Source: Alphaproteobacteria bacterium (GTDB lineage: Bacteria; Pseudomonadota; Alphaproteobacteria; SHVV01). From it: DNA of 64,000 nucleotides. The stretch spans positions 1,824,001-1,888,000 of the forward strand of contig OZ253470.1 in NCBI GenBank assembly GCA_965261735.1. Direction: 5' to 3'. Below the pieces are notes generated by a model. That model ran no database searches. It was given only the letters and a program-made list of their open reading frames with translations, and was not told where the DNA came from. Of the stretch, positions 13,279 through 22,883 are shown one piece after another; within the stretch, counting starts at the first letter, position 1, and each line of letters begins with the position of its first letter. Both the position numbers and the translations under genes were made by a program.

Positions 13279-14688
13279 CTAGGGCGTGACCGCGGTGCCA
13301 GCCAGCAACCGCTCCGGACTCAACGAGATATTGCGGCGCACGGCGCCGACCGGGCCGAGCGGCGGCACGGTCTTGCCATCGACCGCAAGTTCGAGGGCAC
13401 CGGCGTTGCCGGTCGTCAGCATCAGGTCCGGGCGATTGGGGGCCATGTATCTGTCGCCGCCCCTCAGGATGCGAGTCAGGTGCAGTGCGTTGTCGGTGCC
13501 GGTCACCTGGACCCAGCTGTCCATCAATGCGGTTACGACGACGCGCGCATCGGTATTGCCCGCGCCGTAGACCTGCGGGACGTACCCGCTGCCGGCGTCG
13601 GCCCCGGCCGCTTCACCGGCGTCCGCTGACACGGATTCGGTCACCGCGCTAACCGCGACCATGGCGGGCGGAAGCACGGGCGGCGTCGTGTCCGTGGTCT
13701 CCGCCGATGCGATCGCCGCTGGCAGGGTTGCGGGCGCCGTCTGCGGTGCGACCGCCCGAGTCGGCTGCGGCGAAGGCGCCAGAGCCGTCGATACTGGAAC
13801 CGGCGCGCCCACGCCGGTTTCCGGCGCTGGCGCCACCACGCGCGCCGCTGAGGCAGGCACCGGCGCCGGCTGCGGTGAGATCGCGAGCGCGGCTACCGAC
13901 GGCGTGCGCGTCACCTCGGCCAAGGGCGCGTCCGGCGTTGCTGCCGGCGTCTCCTCCGCGAAGGGGGCGACCGCGATGCCGCTGCCACCGCCGGTCGGCG
14001 GCGCCGTGAACTCGACCTGTGCGGAGGGTCCGCGTGCCGCGCCGGCCGGGCGGGATGTCGCGATGAGGTTCGGGCCCGCTTGCGCCCCGTCCGCGGACGA
14101 CTCCACCGTAGTTATTTTCGGGGGCGGCGAACCGCCTCCCAACGCCATGGGCGACAGCGTCGGAACCCCGGCCAGCCGGGCAATGCGTTCGGGAACATCG
14201 GGGATCAACTCGATCGCCACGCGGTTCTGCGACGACAGGTAGTTCCATGCACCGTAGGCGCCGATCACGATCACGGCCGATATCACGAGAAGGCGCCACC
14301 CCGGCAAGCGGCCTTCGGGAATCGGCTCCGGGAAGTGGAGCTCCGTATCGCCACCGGTTGCAGAGGTTTCCTCCTTGAACTCCTTGACCAACAGATCGCC
14401 GTCGAGCCCCATGGTCTCGGCATAGGAGCGCACGAAGCCAATGGCGTAGACGGCGCCGGGGAGGTCTTGGTAGCGGCCCTCCTCGATAGCCTCCAGATAG
14501 ACCCGGCGGATGCGCAGGCGCGTCGCGGCATCCGCCAGCGACAGACCGGCCTCGAGGCGCGCCGCGCGCAGCGTGGAGCCAACACGGTTGCTGAGCGTCG
14601 GGCCCGCGGCTTCGGGCTCACCTCCACCCAACCAGGACGGGTGATAGAGGCGCGGCCGCCGGGCCAGCAAGGGTTCGCGCTCCGCCAT
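13279..14688 (-). CDS. rodZ: Cell shape protein RodZ-like (HTH, TM, Pro/Ala linker, DUF4115)
   Basis: LRIRRVYLEAIEEG, GFVRSYA, single TM, SWVQV...TGNAGAL; upstream of ispG. Confidence 0.88.
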   Translation of the reverse strand: MAEREPLLARRPRLYHPSWLGGGEPEAAGPTLSNRVGSTLRAARLEAGLSLADAATRLRIRRVYLEAIEEGRYQDLPGAVYAIGFVRSYAETMGLDGDLLVKEFKEETSATGGDTELHFPEPIPEGRLPGWRLLVISAVIVIGAYGAWNYLSSQNRVAIELIPDVPERIARLAGVPTLSPMALGGGSPPPKITTVESSADGAQAGPNLIATSRPAGAARGPSAQVEFTAPPTGGGSGIAVAPFAEETPAATPDAPLAEVTRTPSVAALAISPQPAPVPASAARVVAPAPETGVGAPVPVSTALAPSPQPTRAVAPQTAPATLPAAIASAETTDTTPPVLPPAMVAVSAVTESVSADAGEAAGADAGSGYVPQVYGAGNTDARVVVTALMDSWVQVTGTDNALHLTRILRGGDRYMAPNRPDLMLTTGNAGALELAVDGKTVPPLGPVGAVRRNISLSPERLLAGTAVTP

Positions 14689-14802
14689 CTCGGTCCCCCT
14701 GCGAATGATCCTCCTCGGAGGCCATTCGCCTCAGCCCGCCGGCGCGGCGCGACCGTTTCGCGAGCGGGTGCGGTCTAGGGATTGGTATCTGAACCGCAAG
14801 TG

Positions 14803-14818
14803 GTTACCATGATATTAA
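14803..14818 (-). promoter_or_regulatory. Possible CtrA box upstream of rodZ
   Basis: Minus strand TTAA-tatcatg-GTAAC, one mismatch to TTAA-N7-TTAAC, in an AT-rich intergenic stretch. Confidence 0.4.
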
Positions 14819-14958
14819 AGCACGACCAAAAAAGCAAACGCCAGCAATAAGTTAAAAGCGGGAAGCCATAACTTGCATGAGTTGGGGCGGGCTCGTCGGG
14901 AAGGCACTGCGTCGACCCAGCAGCGCTGGCGCCGCCGCAGAGGTCAAGACGCCCCGCC

Positions 14959-16179
14959 TCACGGCGCGTCGAGGCCGTAGGCTGTGTGCAGCGCGCGCAG
15001 GGCGAGTTCGGCATATTCCTCGGCAATCACCACGCTTACCTTGATTTCCGAGGTCGAAATAACCTGAATGTTGATGCCCTTCTCGGCCAGCGTGCTGAAC
15101 ATGCGCGCGGCGACGCCGGCGTGGCTGCGCATGCCGACGCCGATGACGGACACCTTGACGACGCCGGCGTCGGACAGGAGGTCGCCGTACTGTATCTCGC
15201 CCTTCGCCGCCTCGATCACGGCGACCGCCCGCGGCAGACTGTCGCGCGGAAGCGTGAAGGTGAGGTCGGTCGCGGTGCCGCCGGCGGCGGCGCTTTGGAC
15301 GATCATATCGACGTTGATCGCGGCGTCGGCGAGGGGCCCGAAGATGCCCGCGGCCACGCCCGGGCGGTCGGCGATCCGCGTGAGCGTGACTTTAGCCTCG
15401 TCGCGCGAGTAGGCGATGCCGCTGACGACTTCCTGTTCCATGATCTCTTCCTCATCGACCACGAGGGTCCCGGGGGCTTCCGAGAAACTCGACAAGACCT
15501 GGAGGCGCACGCCCTGGGTCATGGCTAGCTGAACCGCGCGGGTGTGCAGCACCTTGGCGCCCTGCGACGCCATTTCGAGCATCTCTTCGTAGGTGACCCT
15601 CTCGAGCTTGCGCGCCTTGGCGACAATGCGGGGATCGGCCGTGAATACCCCCTCGACATCGGTGTAGATGTCGCAACGATCGGCGGCCAGGGCCGCCGCC
15701 AGCCCGACCGCGGTGATGTCGGAACCGCCGCGCCCGAGGGTGGTGATGCGCCCGCGCGGGCCGAGCCCCTGAAAGCCGGCGACGACCGCCACCTCGCCGT
15801 CGGCCATGCGGCGCTCGATGTCCTTGGTCTCGAGGCGCTGCAGGCGGGCGCCCGAATGCATCCCGTCCGTCGTCAGGGGCAGCTGCCATGCGAGCCAGGA
15901 GCGTGCCGATATGCCCAAGTCCTGGAGCGCCAGGGCGAGCAAGCCCGCCGTGACCTGCTCGCCACTGGAGACGACGACGTCGTGCTCGCGGGCGTCGTGG
16001 ACGGGCGCGCTCTCGCGCGTCCAATCGGAGAGCTGCTGGGTAGCGCCAGCCATGGCCGACACCACGACCGCGACCTCGTTGCCGCTGCCGATGCAGGCCT
16101 GGACGCGCCGCGCGGTACGCTTGATTCGCTCGACGTCGGCGACCGAAGTGCCGCCGAACTTGCAGACGATGCGCGCCAT
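14959..16179 (-). CDS. lysC: Aspartate kinase
   Basis: [20 protein letters not shown], two ACT domains; internal MEQEVV resembles a beta-subunit start. Confidence 0.97.
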   Translation of the reverse strand: MARIVCKFGGTSVADVERIKRTARRVQACIGSGNEVAVVVSAMAGATQQLSDWTRESAPVHDAREHDVVVSSGEQVTAGLLALALQDLGISARSWLAWQLPLTTDGMHSGARLQRLETKDIERRMADGEVAVVAGFQGLGPRGRITTLGRGGSDITAVGLAAALAADRCDIYTDVEGVFTADPRIVAKARKLERVTYEEMLEMASQGAKVLHTRAVQLAMTQGVRLQVLSSFSEAPGTLVVDEEEIMEQEVVSGIAYSRDEAKVTLTRIADRPGVAAGIFGPLADAAINVDMIVQSAAAGGTATDLTFTLPRDSLPRAVAVIEAAKGEIQYGDLLSDAGVVKVSVIGVGMRSHAGVAARMFSTLAEKGINIQVISTSEIKVSVVIAEEYAELALRALHTAYGLDAP

Positions 16180-16241
16180 GGGCGAGACGGTGCCGTGTCG
16201 TGGTGTCAAGGCCGCGCGGGCGCGGCCCGCCGCCTGCGGCC

Positions 16242-16270
16242 TTGCCCGGGCAAGGGCGCGTATTCATACT
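16242..16270 (+). promoter_or_regulatory. Putative sigma70 promoter for ubiG
   Basis: TTGCCC-N17-CATACT. Confidence 0.4.
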
Positions 16271-16378
16271 CGCTCGCTCGCCGCTCCGCAAGCCGGCCCG
16301 GCGTCGATCGCTCCTGAAGAAGGCGGCCGCGACATCGCCCGCTCGGCAACCACCAGACACCCGAATCGTCGCGATAGC

Positions 16379-17122
16379 GTGGACGCGCGCGAGCTCGCCC
16401 GCTTCGCTCGCCTGGCCGACTCGTGGTGGGACGCGAACGGCCCCCTGCGCGCCCTACACCGCCTCAACCCGGTGCGGTTGCGCTACATTCGCGATCGCCT
16501 GTGCGGGCACTTCGGCCGCGATGCGCTGTCGCCCTCGCCGCTCGCCGGCCTGCGCCTCCTCGACATCGGCTGCGGCGGCGGCCTACTGGCCGAGCCCATG
16601 GCCCGGCTCGGGGCGCGGGTGATGGGCGCGGACGCGGCCGAAGAAAACATCCTGGTCGCACGCCGCCATGCCGAGGGCGGCGAGCTCGACATCGATTATC
16701 GCGCCGCGACCGCCGAGGCGCTGGTCGATGCGGGCGAGGTATTCGATGCCGTGCTCAGCATGGAGGTCATCGAGCACGTCTCCGACGTCGACGCCTTCGT
16801 CGCGGCGTGCGCTGCTTTGGTGGCGCCGGGCGGTGCCATGGTGGTGGCCACGCTCAATCGCACGCCGAAGTCCTTTGCGCTGGCGATCGTGGGGGCCGAG
16901 TACGTGCTCGGCTGGCTACCGCGCGGCACCCATCGGTGGGAAAAGTTCGTGCGCCCGGCCGAGCTCGGCCGCGCGGCCCGTGGCGCTGGCCTCAGTCTCG
17001 AGGACCTCACGGGCGTGGCCTACGACGCGGCCTCGGGCGACTGGCGCCCGGGGCGCGACGTCGCGGTCAACTATATGGGGTTCTTCATCAAGGGGCGCGC
17101 CGGCCACACCGCCGCGCGCTAG
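16379..17122 (+). CDS. ubiG: Ubiquinone biosynthesis O-methyltransferase (start uncertain)
   Basis: [35 protein letters not shown]. Confidence 0.95.
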   Translation: MDARELARFARLADSWWDANGPLRALHRLNPVRLRYIRDRLCGHFGRDALSPSPLAGLRLLDIGCGGGLLAEPMARLGARVMGADAAEENILVARRHAEGGELDIDYRAATAEALVDAGEVFDAVLSMEVIEHVSDVDAFVAACAALVAPGGAMVVATLNRTPKSFALAIVGAEYVLGWLPRGTHRWEKFVRPAELGRAARGAGLSLEDLTGVAYDAASGDWRPGRDVAVNYMGFFIKGRAGHTAAR

Positions 17123-17547
17123 GCGTCGTGGCGCGGCCAGGGAAGGGCGTTGAACTCGACCCCCTCGTCCTTGAGCTCGCGCGATTCCTCGGTCGTCGCT
17201 TCGCCATAGATATTGTGCTTGTCGACCTCGCCGTAATGGATCTTGCGGGCCTCGTCGGCAAACTTGGGACCGACGTAGTCGCAAGTCTTTTCCACGTGAT
17301 CGCGCATTTGGTAGAGCATCTGCATGTAGTGCGCCGCCTTGGGATCGGCCGGAGCGGTCGCCGGGGCGGGCTCGTTCGCCTTGCCGCGGGCGACGTTCGG
17401 CGCCATAAGCGCCTTGTCGATGAGGGTGCTTCCGCAGGCCGGGCAACTGACGGCGCCGCGCTTTACCTGCGCGTCGTAGGCGGCGCTGTCGGCGAACCAC
17501 GCCTCGAAGACGTGGCTGCGCTCACATTTCAGGTCGAAAACGATCAT
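17119..17547 (-). CDS. DUF1178 family protein
   Basis: [36 protein letters not shown]. Confidence 0.92.
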   Translation of the reverse strand: MIVFDLKCERSHVFEAWFADSAAYDAQVKRGAVSCPACGSTLIDKALMAPNVARGKANEPAPATAPADPKAAHYMQMLYQMRDHVEKTCDYVGPKFADEARKIHYGEVDKHNIYGEATTEESRELKDEGVEFNALPWPRHDA

Positions 17548-17650
17548 CGCTCATCCGCAGGCACTATGGCGCCGCACCGTCGCGGCGACCCGCAACGATA
17601 TCACAATTCGCTATAAATGGGACTCGGCGACCCTGGAACAAGGGGTCGGG

Positions 17651-18514
17651 TCACTCGGCGGCACGCGCCGGTGCGGCATCGGTGCCGTCCGGCGGGGCGA
17701 AGTCGCGGTCGTGGTCGAGCGCCGGAATCATCGCCCTCGCCTCTTCGATCCGGGTGGGGTCGATCGTCGTCACGACAAAACCCGGTGCTTCGCCCGCATC
17801 GGCGAGCACGGCGCCCCATGGGTCGACGATGAGGGCGTGCCCGAACGTCTGGCGCCCGCCGGGATGATCGCCCGCCTGCGCCGGCGCGAACACGTAGGCG
17901 CCGGTCTCGATGGCGCGGGCGCGCAGGAGCACGTGCCAATGGGCCCGGCCGGTGACGCGCGTAAACGCTGAGGGGACGGCGAGGTAGCCCGCGCCGGCCC
18001 GCGCCAAGGATCGGTAGAGGTGCGCAAAACGCAAGTCGTAGCAGATGGTGAGGCCGAAGGGCCCCCACGGCGAGGCCGCGCTCACCGCTGCCGCGCCCGG
18101 CCGGAAGCTCTCGGACTCGCGGAAGCGCTCGCCGCTCGGCAGATCGACGTCGAACATGTGGATCTTGTCGTAGCGCGCGCGAATGCCGCCATCGGGCGCG
18201 ATCCAGTAGGACCGGTTGGCGATTCGCGCGCCGCGCAGGCGTACACCGAGCGAGCCGATCAGCAGCCACACGCCGGTCTCGATCGCGAGCCTGCGGAACG
18301 CGGCCAGTGCCGGGTGCGATCCTTCGGGTCGCGCCGCCGCGCGGATGGATTGCCCGCTCGCCGCCATCATCGCCACGTTCTCGGGCAGCGCGACGACATC
18401 GGCACCGGCGCCGCGCGCGTCGCGCACCAGCGCCTCGGCGGCCGCGATATTGGCGGCCATGTCGTCGCCGGCGTTGACCTGAACGCAGGCGAGCGCAAAC
18501 GGTGGGACGCTCAC
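17651..18514 (-). CDS. Carbon-nitrogen hydrolase (Nit1/deaminated glutathione amidase-like)
   Basis: LPE, YDKIHMFDV, ICYDLRF catalytic triad; LLRARAIE; GTG start chosen. Confidence 0.93.
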   Translation of the reverse strand: MSVPPFALACVQVNAGDDMAANIAAAEALVRDARGAGADVVALPENVAMMAASGQSIRAAARPEGSHPALAAFRRLAIETGVWLLIGSLGVRLRGARIANRSYWIAPDGGIRARYDKIHMFDVDLPSGERFRESESFRPGAAAVSAASPWGPFGLTICYDLRFAHLYRSLARAGAGYLAVPSAFTRVTGRAHWHVLLRARAIETGAYVFAPAQAGDHPGGRQTFGHALIVDPWGAVLADAGEAPGFVVTTIDPTRIEEARAMIPALDHDRDFAPPDGTDAAPARAAE

Positions 18515-18581
18515 CCCTCGGACCCCGCGCCGCGCGGCGGCCTCAACCATTTTCGCCCTTCCCGACCCGGTCTGGCCTAGG

Positions 18582-19349
18582 CTACGCGGCGCTGGCACGT
18601 GGCCTGACGACCCGCGCCAGCGTTAGCACGTCGACGTTCGCCGCGCCGGCTCGGCGCAGCGTCGCGACGCAGGCGTCCGCCGTGGCGCCGGTGGTCATCA
18701 CGTCGTCGACGAGCACGACACGCCGGTCGCGCACGCGTGCGGCCCGGTCGCGGCCCACTCGGAAGGCGCCACGCACGTTACGGGCCCGCGCGGCGAGGCT
18801 GAGGCCCGTTTGGGGCGGCGTTCGGCGCACCCTCTCGAGCAGGTCGGGAACGACCTCGATGGCGCGCGCCCGGGCGATTCCCTGTGCCAGCAACGCGGCC
18901 TGGTTGAACCGGCGCGCGAGAAGTCGGAGGCGGTGTAGCGGCACCGGCACGAGCATGTCGGCATTGTCCAGGAGCGCGGCGCCTGCGTGCGCCATCCAGG
19001 TCGCGAAGCGCGGCACGGCCTCCGTCCGGTCGCCGTACTTGAAGGCGAGGACGAGGCGCCGCGAGTGATCGTCGTAGCGCATAACCGCGCGCGCCCGGCC
19101 GTAGCGCGGACGCTCCCGCGTGCATGCGCCGCACAGCGCTTCCGCGCCGACATCGAAGCTGAAGGGAAAGCCGCAGATTGCGCATTGGGGCGCGTCGATA
19201 AAGTCGACGCGGCGCCAGCAATCGGCGCACAGGCTACCCTGGCGATCGACGGGCGCGCGGCACGACAGGCACTGCGGCGGCATGAGCGCGTCGAGCACGA
19301 CGCCCGTGCCCCATCGCGCATGATTGCGGACGATATCGATCGCGCCCAT
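18582..19349 (-). CDS. comF: ComF family protein (double zinc ribbon + PRTase)
   Basis: Four CxxC motifs, VPLH, RRFNQA, LVDDVMTTGAT. Confidence 0.93.
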   Translation of the reverse strand: MGAIDIVRNHARWGTGVVLDALMPPQCLSCRAPVDRQGSLCADCWRRVDFIDAPQCAICGFPFSFDVGAEALCGACTRERPRYGRARAVMRYDDHSRRLVLAFKYGDRTEAVPRFATWMAHAGAALLDNADMLVPVPLHRLRLLARRFNQAALLAQGIARARAIEVVPDLLERVRRTPPQTGLSLAARARNVRGAFRVGRDRAARVRDRRVVLVDDVMTTGATADACVATLRRAGAANVDVLTLARVVRPRASAA

Positions 19350-19420
19350 GGCCAGTCATTGAACGCCTCATTGGCGGGCCGCGTCAACGCCGCCCGGCGC
19401 GCCCGCTATGCCGGGTCGGT

Positions 19421-20368
19421 ATGGCGTGGCATAAGAGTGGCGTGGTGCAGCCTTCCTCCGATCCCATGCGCGTGTTCGACCGCATCGCCGTGCGCCGCCA
19501 CCGCGAGCGCGCGGCCGCCGGGCTCGAGCGCCACGACTTTCTCGCGCGCGAGATCGGGAACCGGCTGGTCGAGCGCCTCGCCGCCGTGAAGCGGACGTTC
19601 GCGCTGACGCTCGCGCTCGGCGCCCCGGCCGAGGCGCTCGCCGGGGCGGCGCCACTCGCCGGCTGCGCGCTCGTGACGAGCGACCTTTCGCCCGCGATGT
19701 TGCGGCGCGCTGGAGCCGGCCGGCGAATAGGCGCGGTCGCCGCTGATGAGGAGTGGCTGCCGTTCGCGCCCGAGCGCTTCGACCTCGTGCTCGGCCTCCT
19801 GTCGCTGCATTGGGTCAACGACCTCCCCGGAGCGCTGGTGCAGATCCGCCAATGCCTGAAACCCGACGGGTTGCTGCTCGCGGCCATGCTTGGGGGTGAG
19901 ACGCTGTCCGAGCTGCGCCGCGCCTGGGTCGAGGCCGAAGCGGCCGAGGAGGGCGGCGCCAGCCCGCGCATATCGCCGTTCGTGGATGCCGGCGAGGCGG
20001 CTAGCCTGCTCCAGCGCGCGGGTTTCGCACTGCCCATCGTCGACGTCGACACGGTTGCCGTCACCTACCCCGACGCGCTCGCCCTGATGGCGGAACTGCG
20101 CGGCATGGGCGAGGCCAACGCCGCGTGCGCGCGCACCCGGCGCTTCACCCGCCGCGCCACTCTGATGACGGCGGCGGCGGCCTACCGCGAGCATTACGGC
20201 GACCCGGACGGGCGCGTTCCGGCGACCTTCCAGGTCCTCACGCTCACCGCCTGGAGGCCTCACCAGTCGCAGCCCAAGCCCTTACGCCCAGGCAGTGCCG
20301 AGGGCCGGCTCGCCGAGGCCCTCGACACGGTCGAAATTGCGGCTGGCGACAAGGCTCGGCCGCGCTAG
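19421..20368 (+). CDS. SAM-dependent methyltransferase (BioC/NDUFAF5-like); start uncertain
   Basis: VFDR, ADEEWLPF, LHWVNDLPG, AGFALP, LRGMGE, AWRPHQSQPKPLRPGSA; divergent from comF. Confidence 0.9.
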   Translation: MAWHKSGVVQPSSDPMRVFDRIAVRRHRERAAAGLERHDFLAREIGNRLVERLAAVKRTFALTLALGAPAEALAGAAPLAGCALVTSDLSPAMLRRAGAGRRIGAVAADEEWLPFAPERFDLVLGLLSLHWVNDLPGALVQIRQCLKPDGLLLAAMLGGETLSELRRAWVEAEAAEEGGASPRISPFVDAGEAASLLQRAGFALPIVDVDTVAVTYPDALALMAELRGMGEANAACARTRRFTRRATLMTAAAAYREHYGDPDGRVPATFQVLTLTAWRPHQSQPKPLRPGSAEGRLAEALDTVEIAAGDKARPR

Positions 20369-20487
20369 CGCGGGCCCGAGCCGGTCCCGGCCCGTCCGAC
20401 CTAACTTAGGTTAAGCGCCGAGGCGCTCGGAGCGAGCATGCTGCGCTAGCTGTTACGCCAACAGGGCGCAAAAACAAGGGGGTTGCT

Positions 20488-21807
20488 ATGGCTGCGGAGC
20501 AGCGTTTCCTTACCCACGCCTACGGCTCCTACCACCAGGCGGCGCTGCCGCCGGCCGACGATACGCTTGTGCGCGTCGGGCGCGGTACGCCGGGCGGCGA
20601 GTACCTACGCAGGTTCTGGCATCCGGTGGCGCAGTCCGAGATGGTTGCGGACCTGCCGGTGGCGATCCGCATCCTCGGTGAGGACCTCGTCGTCTTTCGC
20701 GATCGCGGCGGCGCCGTCGGCCTTCTCGACCGGCACGAATACGGCAAGATCGAGGAGCGCGGCATTCGCTGCTGCTATCACGGCTGGCTCTTCGACGTCG
20801 ACGGCGCCATCCTCGAGACGCCGGCGGAGCCGGATGGCAATCCCTACCAGGGCAAGCTCTATCAGGGCGCCTACCCGGTCATCGAATACAACGGGCTGAT
20901 CTTCGCCTATATGGGGCCGCCCGACAAGAACCCCCCGCTGCGCAAGTTCGAGATGTTCGACCAGCCCGGCTTGAAGATGGGGCTGGGCGAGCCGCTCGGC
21001 GGAAATCTCAAGCCGTGCAACTGGCTGCAGATCATGGATAACGTGGTCGATCCGGTGCACGAGGCCTATCTACACGCCTCGATCTCGGGCGTGCAGTTCA
21101 AGGACGCCACCGGCCGGCTGGTGGAGGAGCTCGCCGACCGCGGCGTCGATGACTACTGGGAGACCGCACAGGGGATCACGTGCAACGTCGCGCGCCGCGT
21201 CGGCGACACGGTTTGGGTGCGCTCGATGGAATATGTGTGCCCCAACGTCGTCCAGCTCAGGCGCATGCCGATGCTGCCGCCCGACTACCCGGACGGCGAG
21301 GACACCCTCGGCACGGGACCGTTCGTGACGCGCTGGCGCGTTCCCGTCGACGACGAGCAAACGGTGGAGTTCGCCTTCGTCTTCTATCTCGAAGGCGAGG
21401 CCCGGGACTATACGGTCAACACGTCGACGGCCTTTGCCACCAACTTCGGCGACCGGCCCTATGATGAGCGCCAGCGTATTCCCGGTGACTGGGACGCGCA
21501 GGTGAGCCAGCGCCCGATCGCCGTCCATGCCAACGAGCATCTGGCGTCGTCGGACCGGGGCGTTGCACTGATGCGGCGCATGGTCCGCGAGGGCATCGAG
21601 GCGGTCCAGCAGGGCGAGGACCCGCGCGGCGTGGTGCGCGACGCGGACGCGCTCATGCCGGTCTACGCCAACGAGATCGTCCGCCGTCTGCCGCCCGCGC
21701 CGACGCCTGAGGAGGACCAGGAGCTCCTGCGCCAGACCTCGCGCGCCGCCTTCGAGGACGCCCGCGCCGGCCGCCGCCCGCGCCTCACCGCCAGCGCCCC
21801 GGACTGA
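20488..21807 (+). CDS. Rieske non-heme iron oxygenase alpha subunit (phthalate dioxygenase/LigX-like) lacking the first CxH Rieske box; possibly inactive
   Basis: GTPGGEYLRRFWHP, CCYHGW, NVVDPVHEAYLH, EHLASSDRG; LLDRHEYG lacks CxHR. Confidence 0.85.
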   Translation: MAAEQRFLTHAYGSYHQAALPPADDTLVRVGRGTPGGEYLRRFWHPVAQSEMVADLPVAIRILGEDLVVFRDRGGAVGLLDRHEYGKIEERGIRCCYHGWLFDVDGAILETPAEPDGNPYQGKLYQGAYPVIEYNGLIFAYMGPPDKNPPLRKFEMFDQPGLKMGLGEPLGGNLKPCNWLQIMDNVVDPVHEAYLHASISGVQFKDATGRLVEELADRGVDDYWETAQGITCNVARRVGDTVWVRSMEYVCPNVVQLRRMPMLPPDYPDGEDTLGTGPFVTRWRVPVDDEQTVEFAFVFYLEGEARDYTVNTSTAFATNFGDRPYDERQRIPGDWDAQVSQRPIAVHANEHLASSDRGVALMRRMVREGIEAVQQGEDPRGVVRDADALMPVYANEIVRRLPPAPTPEEDQELLRQTSRAAFEDARAGRRPRLTASAPD

Positions 21808-21912
21808 GGGCCGCAAGCCAGCGGCTTCATCCTACGACCCCCGCTCGGGCCCTGCGCCCCGCGCGGGGCGACGGCGCCGGGGGGGGCGGGTTTGAAACCC
21901 GCGCGCTCCTCC

Positions 21913-22320
21913 CTACAGCAAATCGCGCAGCATCGCGATGAGGGGGGCGTCGGCGGGCGGCATCTCTAGGTCGCCGAGGCGGGGCGCGCTTACCCAGCGC
22001 AGCTCCTGTCCTTCCTGGGGGCTGACGGTGCCGTTCCAGACGCGGCAGACGAACAGCGGCATCAGGAGGTGGAAATCCTCGTAAGCATGCGAGGCGAAGG
22101 CGAAGGGTGCGAGACAGCTGTGCTCGATGTCGATGCCGAGCTCCTCGCGCGCCTCGCGGATGACCGCGGCCTCCGGCGTCTCGCCGGGCTCGACCTTGCC
22201 GCCCGGAAACTCCCACAAACCGGCCAGGTGCGACCCCGCCCGGCGGGTGGCGACCAGAACCCGGCCATCGGTGTCGATGAGCGCGAGCGCCGCAACCAGC
22301 ACCAGCGGGCTCGCGCTCAT
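21913..22320 (-). CDS. mutT: 8-oxo-dGTP diphosphatase (Nudix)
   Basis: WEFPGGKVEPGETPEAAVIREAREELG Nudix box; FASHAY, MPPAD. Confidence 0.92.
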   Translation of the reverse strand: MSASPLVLVAALALIDTDGRVLVATRRAGSHLAGLWEFPGGKVEPGETPEAAVIREAREELGIDIEHSCLAPFAFASHAYEDFHLLMPLFVCRVWNGTVSPQEGQELRWVSAPRLGDLEMPPADAPLIAMLRDLL

Positions 22321-22883
22321 GCGCTCCAGTCGGCGCGCGAAAGCTCGTACACGTCGGCCAGGTGGTCGCCGCCGCGCGCCGGGGCCGGCCACGTCTCGCG
22401 GCCGGTGTAGCGCATGCCAACCTTCTCCTGCACGCGAATCGACGCGGCATTGTCGAGGAAGGCACCGGCGCGCACTCTCTCGAGGCCAAGGTCGCGAAAG
22501 GCGTGGCGCAGCACGAGCCTCACCGCCTCCGTCATGTAGCCCTGGTTCCAATGGGGCTTGCCGAGCCAATAGCCGAGCTCGGCTTGCTGTTCCCCGGCCG
22601 CCATGACCAGCCCAACGGCGCCGAGCAGCGTGGCGACCGTACGGCGCTCGATCGCGAACACGATCTTAGCGACGGCGCCGTCTTCGGCCTCGAGCGCATC
22701 GAGCCAGCGTTCGGCGTCGGCACGCGTATAGGGGTGCGGGATGCTGGCCGTGAACTTCGCGACGTCCGCGTCGTTGGCGAGGACCGCGATGGCTTCGACG
22801 TCACCGCGGTCAAGGGGGCGAAGGACCAGGCGGCGGCCCGCGAGCCGGGGCCCGGCCCTTGGCCTAGGAGCGGTAGTCGGCAT
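22317..22883 (-). CDS. GNAT N-acetyltransferase (RimJ/RimL type)
   Basis: RLVLRP, IPHPY, ELGYWLG, WNQGYMTEA, NAASIRVQEKVG; start overlaps the argJ end. Confidence 0.88.
   Translation of the reverse strand: MPTTAPRPRAGPRLAGRRLVLRPLDRGDVEAIAVLANDADVAKFTASIPHPYTRADAERWLDALEAEDGAVAKIVFAIERRTVATLLGAVGLVMAAGEQQAELGYWLGKPHWNQGYMTEAVRLVLRHAFRDLGLERVRAGAFLDNAASIRVQEKVGMRYTGRETWPAPARGGDHLADVYELSRADWSA

Noticed and set aside
13600-14150. Pro/Ala/Thr low-complexity region in RodZ
   Set aside because: Expected periplasmic linker; no nucleotide-level repeat.
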